This document shows positions 46,096 to 55,828 of a stretch of 64,000 nucleotides of DNA, one piece after another. The stretch is taken from assembly GCA_035448805.1 (NCBI GenBank), contig DAOTJR010000003.1, positions 66,062-130,061 of the forward strand, read 5' to 3'. Position numbers and translations under genes: made by a program. Source of the stretch: Syntrophales bacterium. Its GTDB lineage: Bacteria > Desulfobacterota > Syntrophia > Syntrophales > UBA8958. How positions within the stretch are numbered: position 1 is the stretch's first letter; the number at the start of each line of letters is the position of its first letter. Below the pieces are notes generated by a model, which was given only the letters and a program-made list of their open reading frames with translations, made no database searches and was not told the DNA's origin.

Positions 46096-46923
46096 TCATT
46101 CAGATCGCGAAACCGCCTTTCCCGTTTCCTTGCCCACCCCGGGCCAACTGCCGACGATTTCGGCCATCCCCTCCGCCGCCAGTTCCTTCGCGGTCAGCCA
46201 GCGTCCCCGATCCTTGACAAAGTACCCGGCTCCCATGACATTTTCCATAAGGGACTTCTGGGTTTTGTCGAAGACACCTTTCCAGGCCAGCGCGCCATCC
46301 AGAACCCGGTACAAATGGATTTCAAAAAATACCGATGCCGGTTTCTCCACCGAATAGTCATAACCACGCCTTTCCCGCCAGCGATAGAGGTAACCGACGA
46401 CGATACCGTCCGCACCGAGTTCCTTCCCCGCCTCCCTGAGGGCCTGGGGCAGGGTGGCTCTCAAAGAGCCGGTGCCGATCCCTTCATAGGTGCCGCCTAC
46501 CCGGTCGGGGGAAACGAGGTCGAACTGCCGGTGCCGGGACATCATTTCCAGGAAGAGGTCCTGCAGATACCTCTCGTGACTCCCGGCGGCGTTATCCGTT
46601 TTCAGGACCGACGCCGGCAGGGAGCTGCGGGCGGAGTATGTCGCCACAACTTCCGGAGCAACATACTGAAAAGGCATGACGGCCAGACGTCGAAAGGTGA
46701 TATCCTTGTCTTTCAGCAGCGATGTCGATACCCCGCTGGCACCCTGGCAACCCATGAACATGAGTATCAGCGCCCACAGCAACAAGAAACGGGCCGTTTT
46801 CGTCCCCAGGCCGAGGCAATCCCTCCCGTCCGACGATAAACTCCTTACCGGGACGGATGCCGATCCCCTTTTTCCTGCTGAAGTCAAATTTAAAACCCTG
46901 TAATCAATCATGAGTAGCTGCAA
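46096..46923 (-). CDS. Putative lipoprotein (LpoB/CsgG/DUF799-like pattern); start uncertain
   Basis: Lipobox-like LILMFMGC. Mature part shows LAVMPF...., FDLVSPDRV and GADGIVVGYLYRW patterns seen in small periplasmic lipoproteins. There is no convincing start codon near the signal peptide. Confidence 0.5.
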   Translation of the reverse strand: MQLLMIDYRVLNLTSAGKRGSASVPVRSLSSDGRDCLGLGTKTARFLLLWALILMFMGCQGASGVSTSLLKDKDITFRRLAVMPFQYVAPEVVATYSARSSLPASVLKTDNAAGSHERYLQDLFLEMMSRHRQFDLVSPDRVGGTYEGIGTGSLRATLPQALREAGKELGADGIVVGYLYRWRERRGYDYSVEKPASVFFEIHLYRVLDGALAWKGVFDKTQKSLMENVMGAGYFVKDRGRWLTAKELAAEGMAEIVGSWPGVGKETGKAVSRSE

Positions 46924-46956
46924 GCTTACGAAGAGGGGGTGTTTTATCGGTTCGAT

Positions 46957-47541
46957 TCAGAGTGTCCCCTTGGTGGTCATGACCCCCTGAATCCGCGCCT
47001 CGAACTGCACCGCCCGGCGCAGGGCCAAGGCAACGGCCTTGAAGACGGCCTCGGCAATGTGATGGTTGTTCTTACCATACAGGACATTGATGTGCAAGGT
47101 TATTCCACTGTGATCAGAAAAGGCCTTGAAAAACTCCCGGAGCAGCGCCGGGTCGAAAGCACCGATACGAGCCTCTCCCAGCTCCGCATTGTAGACTAGA
47201 TAAGGCCGGCCCGAAAGATCCAAGGCAACGCTGCACAGGGTTTCATCCATCGGGACCAGAGCCGCTCCATAACGGCTGATCCCCTCTTTGGAACCGAGGG
47301 CCTGTTTGAGGGTCTCCCCGAGGCAGATCCCCAGATCTTCCACCAGATGATGGTCGTCGACTTCCCGGTCTCCCTCACCGGTGATCTCGAGGTCGAAAAG
47401 ACCATGCCGGGCCAGCAGGTTCAACATGTGGTCCAGGAAAGGAATCGTCGTCTCGATCTCGCCCCGGCCGGAACCGTCGAGATCCATGACTACAGAGATG
47501 TTCGTCTCCCTGGTCTTTCTTTTTATCTCTCCTCTCCGCAT
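46957..47541 (-). CDS. hisB: Imidazoleglycerol-phosphate dehydratase
   Basis: 194 aa. [23 protein letters not shown] and [12 protein letters not shown] motifs. Confidence 0.9.
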   Translation of the reverse strand: MRRGEIKRKTRETNISVVMDLDGSGRGEIETTIPFLDHMLNLLARHGLFDLEITGEGDREVDDHHLVEDLGICLGETLKQALGSKEGISRYGAALVPMDETLCSVALDLSGRPYLVYNAELGEARIGAFDPALLREFFKAFSDHSGITLHINVLYGKNNHHIAEAVFKAVALALRRAVQFEARIQGVMTTKGTL

Positions 47542-47568
47542 CGTTTCCCTCCCCGGTATCGATATGGC

Positions 47569-48441
47569 TCAGATAACCTTGTTCAGGGCATACTCGATGA
47601 TTCCTTCCGCCCCCGCTTCCTGAAGGATGGGGATCAGATCCCGGACAATGGCGCTGTCCACGATGGTCTCCACGGCAAACCACTCTTCCGAGTACAGTCC
47701 GGAGATTGTCGGCGCCTTCAGTGAGGGAAGCAAAAGGATGACCCTGCCCAGGTTCTCCTTGGCGACGTTGAGTTTAAGTCCCACCTTCCCCATCGCCAGA
47801 AGAGAACCCGTGAGGAGGGTGTTGATTTGATTGATCTTCTGCCTTTTCCACGGATCTTCCCAAGCGCTGCGATTGGCGATCAGCTGGGTGTTCGTTTTCA
47901 TCAACTCATGGATGATTTTCAGCTTGTTGGCCCTGATGGTCGAACCCGTCTCGGTAACCTCCACGATGGCGTCCACGAGCCCTTCCACCACCTTGGCTTC
48001 CGTAGCCCCCCAGGAAAACTCCACATGGACGCCTATTCCCCGTTCCTTGAAATAATTCCTTGTAAAATTGACCAGTTCGGTAGAGATACGTTTCCCCTCC
48101 ATATCCTCTATCGTTTTTATTTCCGAATCTTCCCGGACAACCAAAACCCAGCGCGCCTGCCGCGCCGAGGCTTTGGAATAGATAAGGTCCGAAACCGTCA
48201 CCACCTCGGAGCCGTTCTCGATGATCCAATCCCTGCCGGTCAGCCCCAGATCGAGGATGCCTTCCTCGACATACCGCGACATCTCCTGGGCCCGCACCAG
48301 GATGCAGGTCAACTCCTCATCGTCGATATCGGGGAAATAGTTCCTGCTGTCATAGGTTATACGCCAGCCGGCCCGCTTGAACAGATCGACGGTGCCGGCC
48401 TCCAGACTGCCCTTCGGTATTCCCAAACGCAGCGTTTTCAT
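47569..48441 (-). CDS. hisG: ATP phosphoribosyltransferase, long form
   Basis: 290 aa. [27 protein letters not shown] and a C-terminal regulatory domain. Confidence 0.9.
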   Translation of the reverse strand: MKTLRLGIPKGSLEAGTVDLFKRAGWRITYDSRNYFPDIDDEELTCILVRAQEMSRYVEEGILDLGLTGRDWIIENGSEVVTVSDLIYSKASARQARWVLVVREDSEIKTIEDMEGKRISTELVNFTRNYFKERGIGVHVEFSWGATEAKVVEGLVDAIVEVTETGSTIRANKLKIIHELMKTNTQLIANRSAWEDPWKRQKINQINTLLTGSLLAMGKVGLKLNVAKENLGRVILLLPSLKAPTISGLYSEEWFAVETIVDSAIVRDLIPILQEAGAEGIIEYALNKVI

Positions 48442-48812
48442 TTATATACTTCCTCCGGGTTGAATATCCTCTCGCCGTCCGCCTCAAAGTCGCCGTCGAT
48501 GAGCCGGCGGTAGAAACACGATCGGTAACCGGTGTGGCAAGCCGCCCCACCCCGCTGATGGACCTTGAGAAGAACGGCATCCAGATCGCAATCGATACGG
48601 ATTTCCCTGATCTCCTGAATATGCCCCGAAGTTTCCCCTTTCACCCACAGGGATTGCCGCGACCGGCTCCAGAACGTCGCCCGTCCGGTTGCCAGCGTCT
48701 TTTCCCACGCTTGCCTGTTCATATAGGCCAGCATGAGTACGTCTCCTGTTTCATAATCTTGAACAATTGCCGGCACCAAGCCGCCGGCGCGGTCAAAATC
48801 CGGTGTTATCAT
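48438..48812 (-). CDS. hisI: Phosphoribosyl-AMP cyclohydrolase
   Basis: ATG at 48812 is preceded by [31 protein letters not shown] and CDLDAVL motifs. Its stop overlaps the hisG start. Confidence 0.9.
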   Translation of the reverse strand: MITPDFDRAGGLVPAIVQDYETGDVLMLAYMNRQAWEKTLATGRATFWSRSRQSLWVKGETSGHIQEIREIRIDCDLDAVLLKVHQRGGAACHTGYRSCFYRRLIDGDFEADGERIFNPEEVYK

Positions 48813-49001
48813 TAAGTTTCTCTCCTGACGGCCCAATATCCGTTCCCTGGGACCCATCCGTGAATCGGGCGGGGATGGTAATAGAACATCTTTATTTTAT
48901 CAAGCTTTTTTTTCGACGCCCGCAACTTTCACCTTGCCAGGCGGTTTTTTTTTTGATAGTGCTCACCCATCGGGAACCTGATTATTAAGGAGGCGATAAA
49001 T

Positions 49002-49313
49002 ATGCCCCTGCTGGTGGGCGGCGCCGTCGCTGCCATTTTAGGTCTGATCGGCTTGATCGTCTGGTGGTCCGCCTTCGCCCAGGTCATCAAGGGGGCGTTG
49101 CCCATCCTGATGATCCTCGGCGGCGGCCTGGCCGTCTATGTGGGCTATGACGACATCCAGGAGAAAATCAGGGAGGAAAGAAAGCGGCAGGACGACAAAT
49201 TGGAAAAGGCCCAGGAAGAAATCGAACAGATTCGGGCCAAAGCGGAGCTGTACCGGGAGGAGCTCGAACGCCTCCGCATCGAGGCTCTGAAATCAAAGGA
49301 AAATAATCCTTGA
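49002..49313 (+). CDS. Small membrane protein with a charged coiled-coil tail (hypothetical)
   Basis: AAGGAGG RBS. 103 aa: two hydrophobic helices, then an EKIREERKRQDDKLEKAQEEIEQIR-type tail. No family recognised. Confidence 0.5.
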   Translation: MPLLVGGAVAAILGLIGLIVWWSAFAQVIKGALPILMILGGGLAVYVGYDDIQEKIREERKRQDDKLEKAQEEIEQIRAKAELYREELERLRIEALKSKENNP

Positions 49314-49664
49314 CAGCAGCGGGGAAATCTCTTATTTTCCCGCTGTCTTACCTGAGGGAAGAAACGTATATGCAGCTCATGTCCGGAAAAATGTCAGCCG
49401 ATCCTGCCCCCGCATACATCTATATGTATTGATGCCTGCTTACCGCCGTAAGGCGGGAAAGCAGGCCGCTTCCAGAAAAATCCCCAACCTGTCTCCATAA
49501 TAACGAAAAAGGATCAATAAACGAGGTGTCTTTATACGTATATGCCCGGTATAAGTCTTTCCACCGCCAACCTGACCGCCGCACGGCGGGGGCATCCGAC
49601 CCGGCGGGAAGGCAGCAATAACTACGGGGCACTTAACATCCCGTAAATAAACGAAGAAAGGAAA

Positions 49665-50690
49665 ATGCTAATGAAAAAACATTTGTTCACTGTACTGACG
49701 ATCGTTTCCATGATCTTGACATTCAGTGCCGGCGCCGCCCGCGCCGCCACCACGCTGACTTACAGCATCTTTTTCCCGGCGAGCCACGGGCAGGCCAAAA
49801 CCGGAGAAGCCTGGGCCAAGGAGATCGAGAAGCGGACCAACGGGCAGGTGAAGATCACGATCCTGGCCGGGGGATCCCTGACCCCGGCCGACCAGGTCTA
49901 TGACGGGGTCCTTAAGGGGATCTCCGATTTGGGCATGTCCTGTTTCGCCTATACCCGCGGGCGTTTTCCCGTTATGGAAGTCCTCGATCTTCCCATCGGC
50001 TATCCCAACGGTCGCGTCGCCACCGCTGTGGCCAACGATTACTTCCGAAAATTCAACCCCCAGGAACTCAGCGGCGTCAAGGTCCTCTATCTCCACGCCC
50101 ACGGACCGGGCCTGCTCCACACGACCCGCCCCGTTTCCACTCTCGAGCAGCTCAAGGGCATGAAGATCCGTTCCACCGGACTCAGTGCCAAAGTGGTGTC
50201 CGCGCTGGGGGCCGTTCCCGTAGCCATGCCCCAGGGTTCCACTTATGAATCCCTGCAGAAGGGTGTAGTCGAGGGGACCTTCGGACCCATCGAGGTCCTC
50301 AAGGGCTGGAAACAGGCGGAGGTCGTCAAGTCCACCACCGACTGCCCCGAGATCGGCTACACCACCGTCATGTTCGTCGTCATGAACCTCAAGAAGTGGA
50401 ACTCCCTGCCCAAGAATATCCAGAAGGTCTTCGAAGAGGTGAGCAGCCGGTGGATCGATATTCACGGCAAGGTCTGGGACGATCTCGATCAGGAAGGCCG
50501 CCGCTACACCCTCAGTCTCGGCAACAAGATCATCCCCCTGAGCAAACAGGAAGCGCTCAAGTGGAAAAACGCCGTCCGCCCCATCCTCAACGAATATATT
50601 AAAACCACCACGGCCAAGGGTCTCCCCGGCCGGACGGCGGTCACCGAGACGGAAAAAATGATAAAGAAATACTCGAAGATATACAAATAA
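49665..50690 (+). CDS. TRAP transporter substrate-binding protein (DctP family)
   Basis: 341 aa. Signal peptide ending AARA/AT and the DctP-family pattern (GQVKITI..GGSL, KGMKIRS). Followed by Q and M subunit genes. Confidence 0.85.
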   Translation: MLMKKHLFTVLTIVSMILTFSAGAARAATTLTYSIFFPASHGQAKTGEAWAKEIEKRTNGQVKITILAGGSLTPADQVYDGVLKGISDLGMSCFAYTRGRFPVMEVLDLPIGYPNGRVATAVANDYFRKFNPQELSGVKVLYLHAHGPGLLHTTRPVSTLEQLKGMKIRSTGLSAKVVSALGAVPVAMPQGSTYESLQKGVVEGTFGPIEVLKGWKQAEVVKSTTDCPEIGYTTVMFVVMNLKKWNSLPKNIQKVFEEVSSRWIDIHGKVWDDLDQEGRRYTLSLGNKIIPLSKQEALKWKNAVRPILNEYIKTTTAKGLPGRTAVTETEKMIKKYSKIYK

Positions 50691-50693
50691 GGG

Positions 50694-51179
50694 ATGATGC
50701 AAAGAATCGAAAGCATCCTCTACAATCTGAGCAGAAAGGCCGGTCTCACCGCCGGGGCAGCCGTGATCCTCATGATGCTCCTTACCTGCACCGACGTGGT
50801 GATGCGGTTTTTTAACCGGCCCCTGCCGGGAACTTATGAGATCGTCGGGTTTCTCGGCACCTTCGCCGTTGCCCTCGCCCTGGCTGCCACCTCCGTGGAA
50901 AAGGGTCATATCGCCGTCGATCTGTTGGTCAACCGCTTTCCCCAGCGGCTGCAAATCCTTATCGACGCGGGCGGCTCCCTGTTCGGATTCGTCCTCTTCG
51001 CCGCCCTGACCTGGCAGAGTTCCCTTTACGCCCTGGATCTCCGCCAAAGCGGCGAAGTCTCCGCCACCCTCGGTATGCCCGTTTATCCCTTCGCCGCCGG
51101 AATCGCCTTCGGTTGCGCCCTCCTCTGCCTGATTCTCATCACCGATTTCAGCCGCTCTATCCGGAGGATGCTTTCATGA
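50694..51179 (+). CDS. TRAP transporter small permease (DctQ family)
   Basis: 161 aa, four hydrophobic helices. Sits between the P and M genes; its stop overlaps the M start (ATGA). Confidence 0.8.
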   Translation: MMQRIESILYNLSRKAGLTAGAAVILMMLLTCTDVVMRFFNRPLPGTYEIVGFLGTFAVALALAATSVEKGHIAVDLLVNRFPQRLQILIDAGGSLFGFVLFAALTWQSSLYALDLRQSGEVSATLGMPVYPFAAGIAFGCALLCLILITDFSRSIRRMLS

Positions 51180-52477
51180 CGCCCGTCACCACCGGCATTG
51201 TCGGGTTTCTGGTTCTCATCACCCTCATGTTCCTGCGCATCCCCGTCGCCTTCGTCATGGCCATGGTGGGTTTTGTCGGCTTCGGCGTCCTTGTGTCCTG
51301 GCCGGCGTCGCTGAGTCTGCTGGCCAGGGATTTCTTTTCCATATTCAGCTCCTACAATCTCACCGTCATTCCCCTCTTCATCCTCATGGGACAGGTAGCA
51401 CACTACTCGGGGATCAGCGCCCGCCTTTTCAACGCCGCCCATAAATTCATCGGCCATCTGCCCGGCGGCCTGGCCATAGCCACCATCGGCGCCTGTTCCT
51501 TCTTTGCCGCCATCTGCGGCTCTACCACCGCCACCTCCGCAACCATGGCCACCGTCGCCCTGCCCCAGATGAAAAAATACAACTACGACCCGGCCCTGGC
51601 CACCGGCGTGGTGGCGGCGGGGGGAACGCTGGGGATCCTCATCCCTCCCAGCACCATTTTCATCATTTACGGGATCATGACGGAGCAGTCCGTCGGCAGG
51701 CTCTTCGTGGCCGGCGTCCTGCCCGGAATCCTGCTGGCCGTCCTTTTTTCTCTCGTCATTCTAATCTGGAGCCGCCTGCAGCCCGACTTGTGCGACCAGG
51801 CGCCAAAAACCACCTGGAAGGAGAAATTTGCCTCCCTGACCGGAGTGATCGAAACCATCATCCTGTTCGTAATCGTCATGGGCGGTCTATTCATCGGCCT
51901 CTTCACCCCCACGGAGGCGGCAGGCATCGGTGCCCTGGGAACCTACCTCATCGCCCTCATCGGCCGCAACCTGACCTGGCGTTCCTTTCTCCGCTCTCTC
52001 ATCGAGACCGTGCGCATCTCCTGCATGATCATGGTCATTGTGGCCGGAGCCACCGTCTTCGGTCACTTTCTGGCCGTGACGACCATCCCCACGGAAATCG
52101 GCGCCTGGGTGGCCGGCCTTTCCGTTCCCCCGGCGGCCGTCATGGCTTTGATCATTCTCACGTATCTGTTTCTCGGCTGTCTGATGGACTCCCTGGCCAT
52201 GATCATGCTGACGATCCCGGTTTTCTATCCTGTGGTCAACACCCTGGGCTACGACCCCATCTGGTTCGGGGTGATTATCGTCCTGGTGGGCGGGATGGGC
52301 GTCATAACCCCGCCGGTGGGGATCAACGCTTACGTGGTGGCGGGGATCGCCAGAGACGTCCCCCTGCAGGTCATCTTCAAAGGTTCGTTATACCTGATGA
52401 GCGCCATGATCATCCTCACGATTCTGCTCCTCTTTTTTCCGGAAATCGCCCTTTACCTGCCCTCATTGATGAGATGA
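51176..52477 (+). CDS. TRAP transporter large permease (DctM family)
   Basis: ATG at 51176 (MTPVTTGIVGF). About 433 aa, polytopic. GGTLGILIPPS and GVITPPVGIN motifs. Confidence 0.9.
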   Translation: MTPVTTGIVGFLVLITLMFLRIPVAFVMAMVGFVGFGVLVSWPASLSLLARDFFSIFSSYNLTVIPLFILMGQVAHYSGISARLFNAAHKFIGHLPGGLAIATIGACSFFAAICGSTTATSATMATVALPQMKKYNYDPALATGVVAAGGTLGILIPPSTIFIIYGIMTEQSVGRLFVAGVLPGILLAVLFSLVILIWSRLQPDLCDQAPKTTWKEKFASLTGVIETIILFVIVMGGLFIGLFTPTEAAGIGALGTYLIALIGRNLTWRSFLRSLIETVRISCMIMVIVAGATVFGHFLAVTTIPTEIGAWVAGLSVPPAAVMALIILTYLFLGCLMDSLAMIMLTIPVFYPVVNTLGYDPIWFGVIIVLVGGMGVITPPVGINAYVVAGIARDVPLQVIFKGSLYLMSAMIILTILLLFFPEIALYLPSLMR

Positions 52478-52573
52478 GCAATTTCTTCATCTCATCGTTT
52501 TTCTATTGACTTTTGCCGGCATGACCGACATAAGAGACACTCGCCTAAAAAAATTGCCGGAATCCTTGTCCTT

Positions 52574-54178
52574 ATGGCTATTCGCACCAAACTCATTCTT
52601 GTTTACGGAGCCCTGGCCATCCTTTTCTCTACCCTTTTCTCGGTAATCGGCGTCGTGCGCATCACCGAGAATGCCAGAGACAACGCCGCAAGGATGGAAA
52701 CCGTCATCAGGGACGGGCTGGAAAAATTTCTCGGCGAAAAGGCACAGGCCCTGGCCGGGCAAATAGAGATATATCTTCGTTCCCATCCTCTCGATCCCCG
52801 GGACCCGGAGTTGAGAAGGATCGCGGTACAAAAGATCCAGAAGACAGGCTATAGCGGCCTCCACGACGGGGTGGGGAAAAAGGACGGGAAATATCTGTTG
52901 CACCCCAATCCCGATATCGAAGGAAAATCGTTGTCGTCTTTTCGCTATCAGCTCCCGGCGCTCTGGGAGGCGATCCAGGTGAATCTCAAGGGGCGGCCCG
53001 TAAGCCGTTATTACCTCTGGCAGGAAAAGGATGGAAGCTTAAGGGAAAAATTCTTCGTGGGCATCCCGGTAAAGGGGACCGGCTGCATCCTTTTTGCTAC
53101 AGTTTATGTGGACGAATTTTATCAACCTCTCCGGCAAGCCCAGGAAATCATCATCAGGGAAAAGGAAACCTCCATCAGAATCTTTCTTTTTTCATCCTTC
53201 CTTGCCACCGTCGTCCTCATCCTCGTCTCGGTGCTCATCGCCCGGAGCTTTTCCAATCCCATCCACCAGGTCGCCGTCCATGCCCGCCGGATCGGTGCCG
53301 GGGATCTGACAGCGAGGCTCCATATCCCCTCCGGGGATGAACTGGAGGAACTGGCGGAAGTCCTCAACAAGATGTCTGCGGACCTCAAGGCGTACATTAC
53401 CGACCTTACGGAGACAACAGCCGCCAAGGAACGGCTGGAACGGGAGTTGCAACTCGCGCGGGAGATCCAGCAGTCAATAATCCCCCACACCTATCCACCC
53501 TTCCCGGGCATCAGGGAGTTCGATATCTACGGGAAGATGCTCCCCGCCAAAGAGGTGGCCGGGGATTTTTTCGATTTTTTCTTCATCGGTCCGGATAAGC
53601 TCGGAATCGTCATCGGCGATGTTTCCGGAAAAGGAGTTCCCGCCGCTCTGTTCATGTTCATGACCCGGGCACTGATCAGGGTTTACGGTCTGGAAGAGGA
53701 AGGCCCGGCCCGAACCCTCTTGAAGACCAACCGGATGCTTGCCGCCGACAACGAAACGACGATGTTCGTCTCCGTCATCTATGCGGAATACGATCTCAGG
53801 AGCGGCAAAATGGTCGTCGCCAATGGCGGACATTCCCCGCCGCTGCTCTGCACTGCCACGGGATCCCGCCTGGTCGAAAGCGAACCGGATCCACTCTTGG
53901 GGCCTTTCCCGGACAGCTTCTTCACCGAGGGGAGCTTCACCATGGCACCGGGTGAGGCCCTCGTCTTTTACACCGACGGGATCACGGAGGCCCAGACCAC
54001 GGATGGAAGCTTCTATGGGGAAAAAAGGCTTGTGGATTGGTTTGACGGGCAAAGGGAGAGACACCCGGACAGGTTGTGCCTGGAACTCATTAAAGATGTG
54101 CAGGAATTCTGCCGGGACGCCCCTCAATACGACGATATCACCATCCTCGCCTTCCGGGTAAATGAGCTCCGTGCTTGA
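52574..54178 (+). CDS. Membrane sensor PP2C-type (SpoIIE/RsbU-like) phosphatase with a HAMP domain
   Basis: 534 aa. TM1, an extracytoplasmic region, TM2, HAMP (RSFSNPIHQVA...GDLTARL), then PPM motifs (GDFFDF, GDVSGKGVPAAL, NGGHSPP, TDGITEA). Confidence 0.8.
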   Translation: MAIRTKLILVYGALAILFSTLFSVIGVVRITENARDNAARMETVIRDGLEKFLGEKAQALAGQIEIYLRSHPLDPRDPELRRIAVQKIQKTGYSGLHDGVGKKDGKYLLHPNPDIEGKSLSSFRYQLPALWEAIQVNLKGRPVSRYYLWQEKDGSLREKFFVGIPVKGTGCILFATVYVDEFYQPLRQAQEIIIREKETSIRIFLFSSFLATVVLILVSVLIARSFSNPIHQVAVHARRIGAGDLTARLHIPSGDELEELAEVLNKMSADLKAYITDLTETTAAKERLERELQLAREIQQSIIPHTYPPFPGIREFDIYGKMLPAKEVAGDFFDFFFIGPDKLGIVIGDVSGKGVPAALFMFMTRALIRVYGLEEEGPARTLLKTNRMLAADNETTMFVSVIYAEYDLRSGKMVVANGGHSPPLLCTATGSRLVESEPDPLLGPFPDSFFTEGSFTMAPGEALVFYTDGITEAQTTDGSFYGEKRLVDWFDGQRERHPDRLCLELIKDVQEFCRDAPQYDDITILAFRVNELRA

Positions 54179-54214
54179 CAGAAACGTCTTTACCTCTATA
54201 ATGATCCCCGAGTC

Positions 54215-55213
54215 ATGAAAGGGGGGAGGGGAAAAGTCATGACCAATCTGCCCGACATGAAACTGCCGGACATCCTGGCGCAATATCTGCGGAAAGACCG
54301 GACCGGGACCCAGGGGAGCGGAAAAGCCTATGATCCGGTTCAACCCGGCCAGGTGGGAAGGGATCGTCAACCGATAAGGCCGAAAGGAGGGGCCTCCCGG
54401 ACCTGGCCGTTCCTGTTGGGCCTCGCCTTGATTGCCGTTGTTTTTGCCGTAAGTGAGTTTATCAGGGATTCCGAACCGTTCAAGATTGCCTCATCCTTCG
54501 TGAGGGAAAGCCCGGCGATCCGGGACGATCTCGGTGAAATCAAGGAAATCTCCCCCTGGCTGCCGGTTTCCCTACAGCCCGCGGACAACTCCGTGCGGCT
54601 CAGGTTGACCTTGCGGATCAAAGGAAGCAAAGGCACCGGAAAGGCCTTTATCTCCCTCGTCCATCTCAATAACTGGCAGATCACCGCCGTCGTTTACGAA
54701 AACCGTCAGGGACGATGGAACAACCTGATGCCGGGAAAAATCAGGGGTGAGGCGCCGCTGCCCGCCCCGGCCGCCGGTGGAGACGACATGGCCGCCGGAC
54801 ACCGCCTCTTCCGGCAAAACGATTTCTCCCAGGCCGTCGCCGCCTACGATCGGGCCCTCGTCGCCGACCCGAACAACAGTGCCGCTCTTTACTGGCGGGG
54901 TCGGGCATATTACAAGATGAACCGTCCGGACAAGGCGGCCGCGGACTTTTCCAAAACCGTGGCGTTGAACCCTAAACACGCCGAGGCATACAACTGGCTG
55001 GGCTGGCTGGCGGAACAGGAAAAACGCTACGACGATTGCATCGGCCATCTCACCAGAGCCGTCACCCTGAAGACCGACAACAGTTGGGGTTACTATCACC
55101 GGGGACGATGCTATTATCAGCAGGGCAAAAGAAAAGAAGCCCGACAGGATGCCGAACAATCCTGCCGGCTCGGCTATGAACAGGCCTGCAAGACCTTGAA
55201 ACAACTTCCGTGA
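54215..55213 (+). CDS. Membrane-anchored protein with a Coa1-like ectodomain and C-terminal TPR repeats; start uncertain
   Basis: One TM helix (WPFLLGLALIAVVFAV), a domain resembling cytochrome oxidase assembly protein 1 (by eye), then about 4 TPR units (AVAAYDRALVADPNNSAALYWRGRAYY...). Confidence 0.6.
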   Translation: MKGGRGKVMTNLPDMKLPDILAQYLRKDRTGTQGSGKAYDPVQPGQVGRDRQPIRPKGGASRTWPFLLGLALIAVVFAVSEFIRDSEPFKIASSFVRESPAIRDDLGEIKEISPWLPVSLQPADNSVRLRLTLRIKGSKGTGKAFISLVHLNNWQITAVVYENRQGRWNNLMPGKIRGEAPLPAPAAGGDDMAAGHRLFRQNDFSQAVAAYDRALVADPNNSAALYWRGRAYYKMNRPDKAAADFSKTVALNPKHAEAYNWLGWLAEQEKRYDDCIGHLTRAVTLKTDNSWGYYHRGRCYYQQGKRKEARQDAEQSCRLGYEQACKTLKQLP

Positions 55214-55222
55214 AGGAGAAAC

Positions 55223-55591
55223 ATGAACGTGACCATCGCCAGGATCGTCGTCCTGCTGACCTCCACCATCGCAATGCTGTTCGTGGGTTTCAATCCCCCC
55301 TGGAAATGCTCTTTTCATATCGGCACGACCGTCATCAGTAAATACTGGGGCTTTCACACTATCCTGCAGCCTCCCAATGTCTTCGATTATTTTTATAATC
55401 TTGGAGACAAGTTCCACCTCCCCCTGGTAGACGCCGGGCGTTATGATCCCCGAATCCTCAACGCCTTCGAATTCCAGATCGATTATCCCCTGGCGGCGAT
55501 ATTCCTGTTCTTGATCGCCGTCGTCACCCTGTGGATGCTTTGGATTCTGAAGTTTATCCAGGAATCGGCCGGCGATAAGAAGCTCACGTAA
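55223..55591 (+). CDS. Hypothetical membrane protein
   Basis: 122-aa ORF 9 nt after the TPR gene. Hydrophobic helices at both ends. No motif recognised. Confidence 0.4.
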   Translation: MNVTIARIVVLLTSTIAMLFVGFNPPWKCSFHIGTTVISKYWGFHTILQPPNVFDYFYNLGDKFHLPLVDAGRYDPRILNAFEFQIDYPLAAIFLFLIAVVTLWMLWILKFIQESAGDKKLT

Positions 55592-55639
55592 TCATGATTA
55601 CCTGATCCATCATCTCTAGCAAAGAAAGGGGCTGGTCAG

Positions 55640-55828
55640 TTGAAAAAAACGATTTCCTGGGTGCTCGTCATCCTTCTTGGCGCCATTTTTCTATCCTTTG
55701 CCGGGTGTGCGGGGGGACGCGAAGCCGCCCGTGAGAAGGCAACCAGCGATGAAACCTACCGCAACGAGGCGAATTTCGAAAAGGCACAGGACCGGCAAAG
55801 GCTGGATAAGGGCGGCAGCGGCTATTGA
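55640..55828 (+). CDS. Small putative lipoprotein
   Basis: 62 aa, TTG start, lipobox SFAGC. The mature part is highly charged. Confidence 0.4.
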   Translation: MKKTISWVLVILLGAIFLSFAGCAGGREAAREKATSDETYRNEANFEKAQDRQRLDKGGSGY

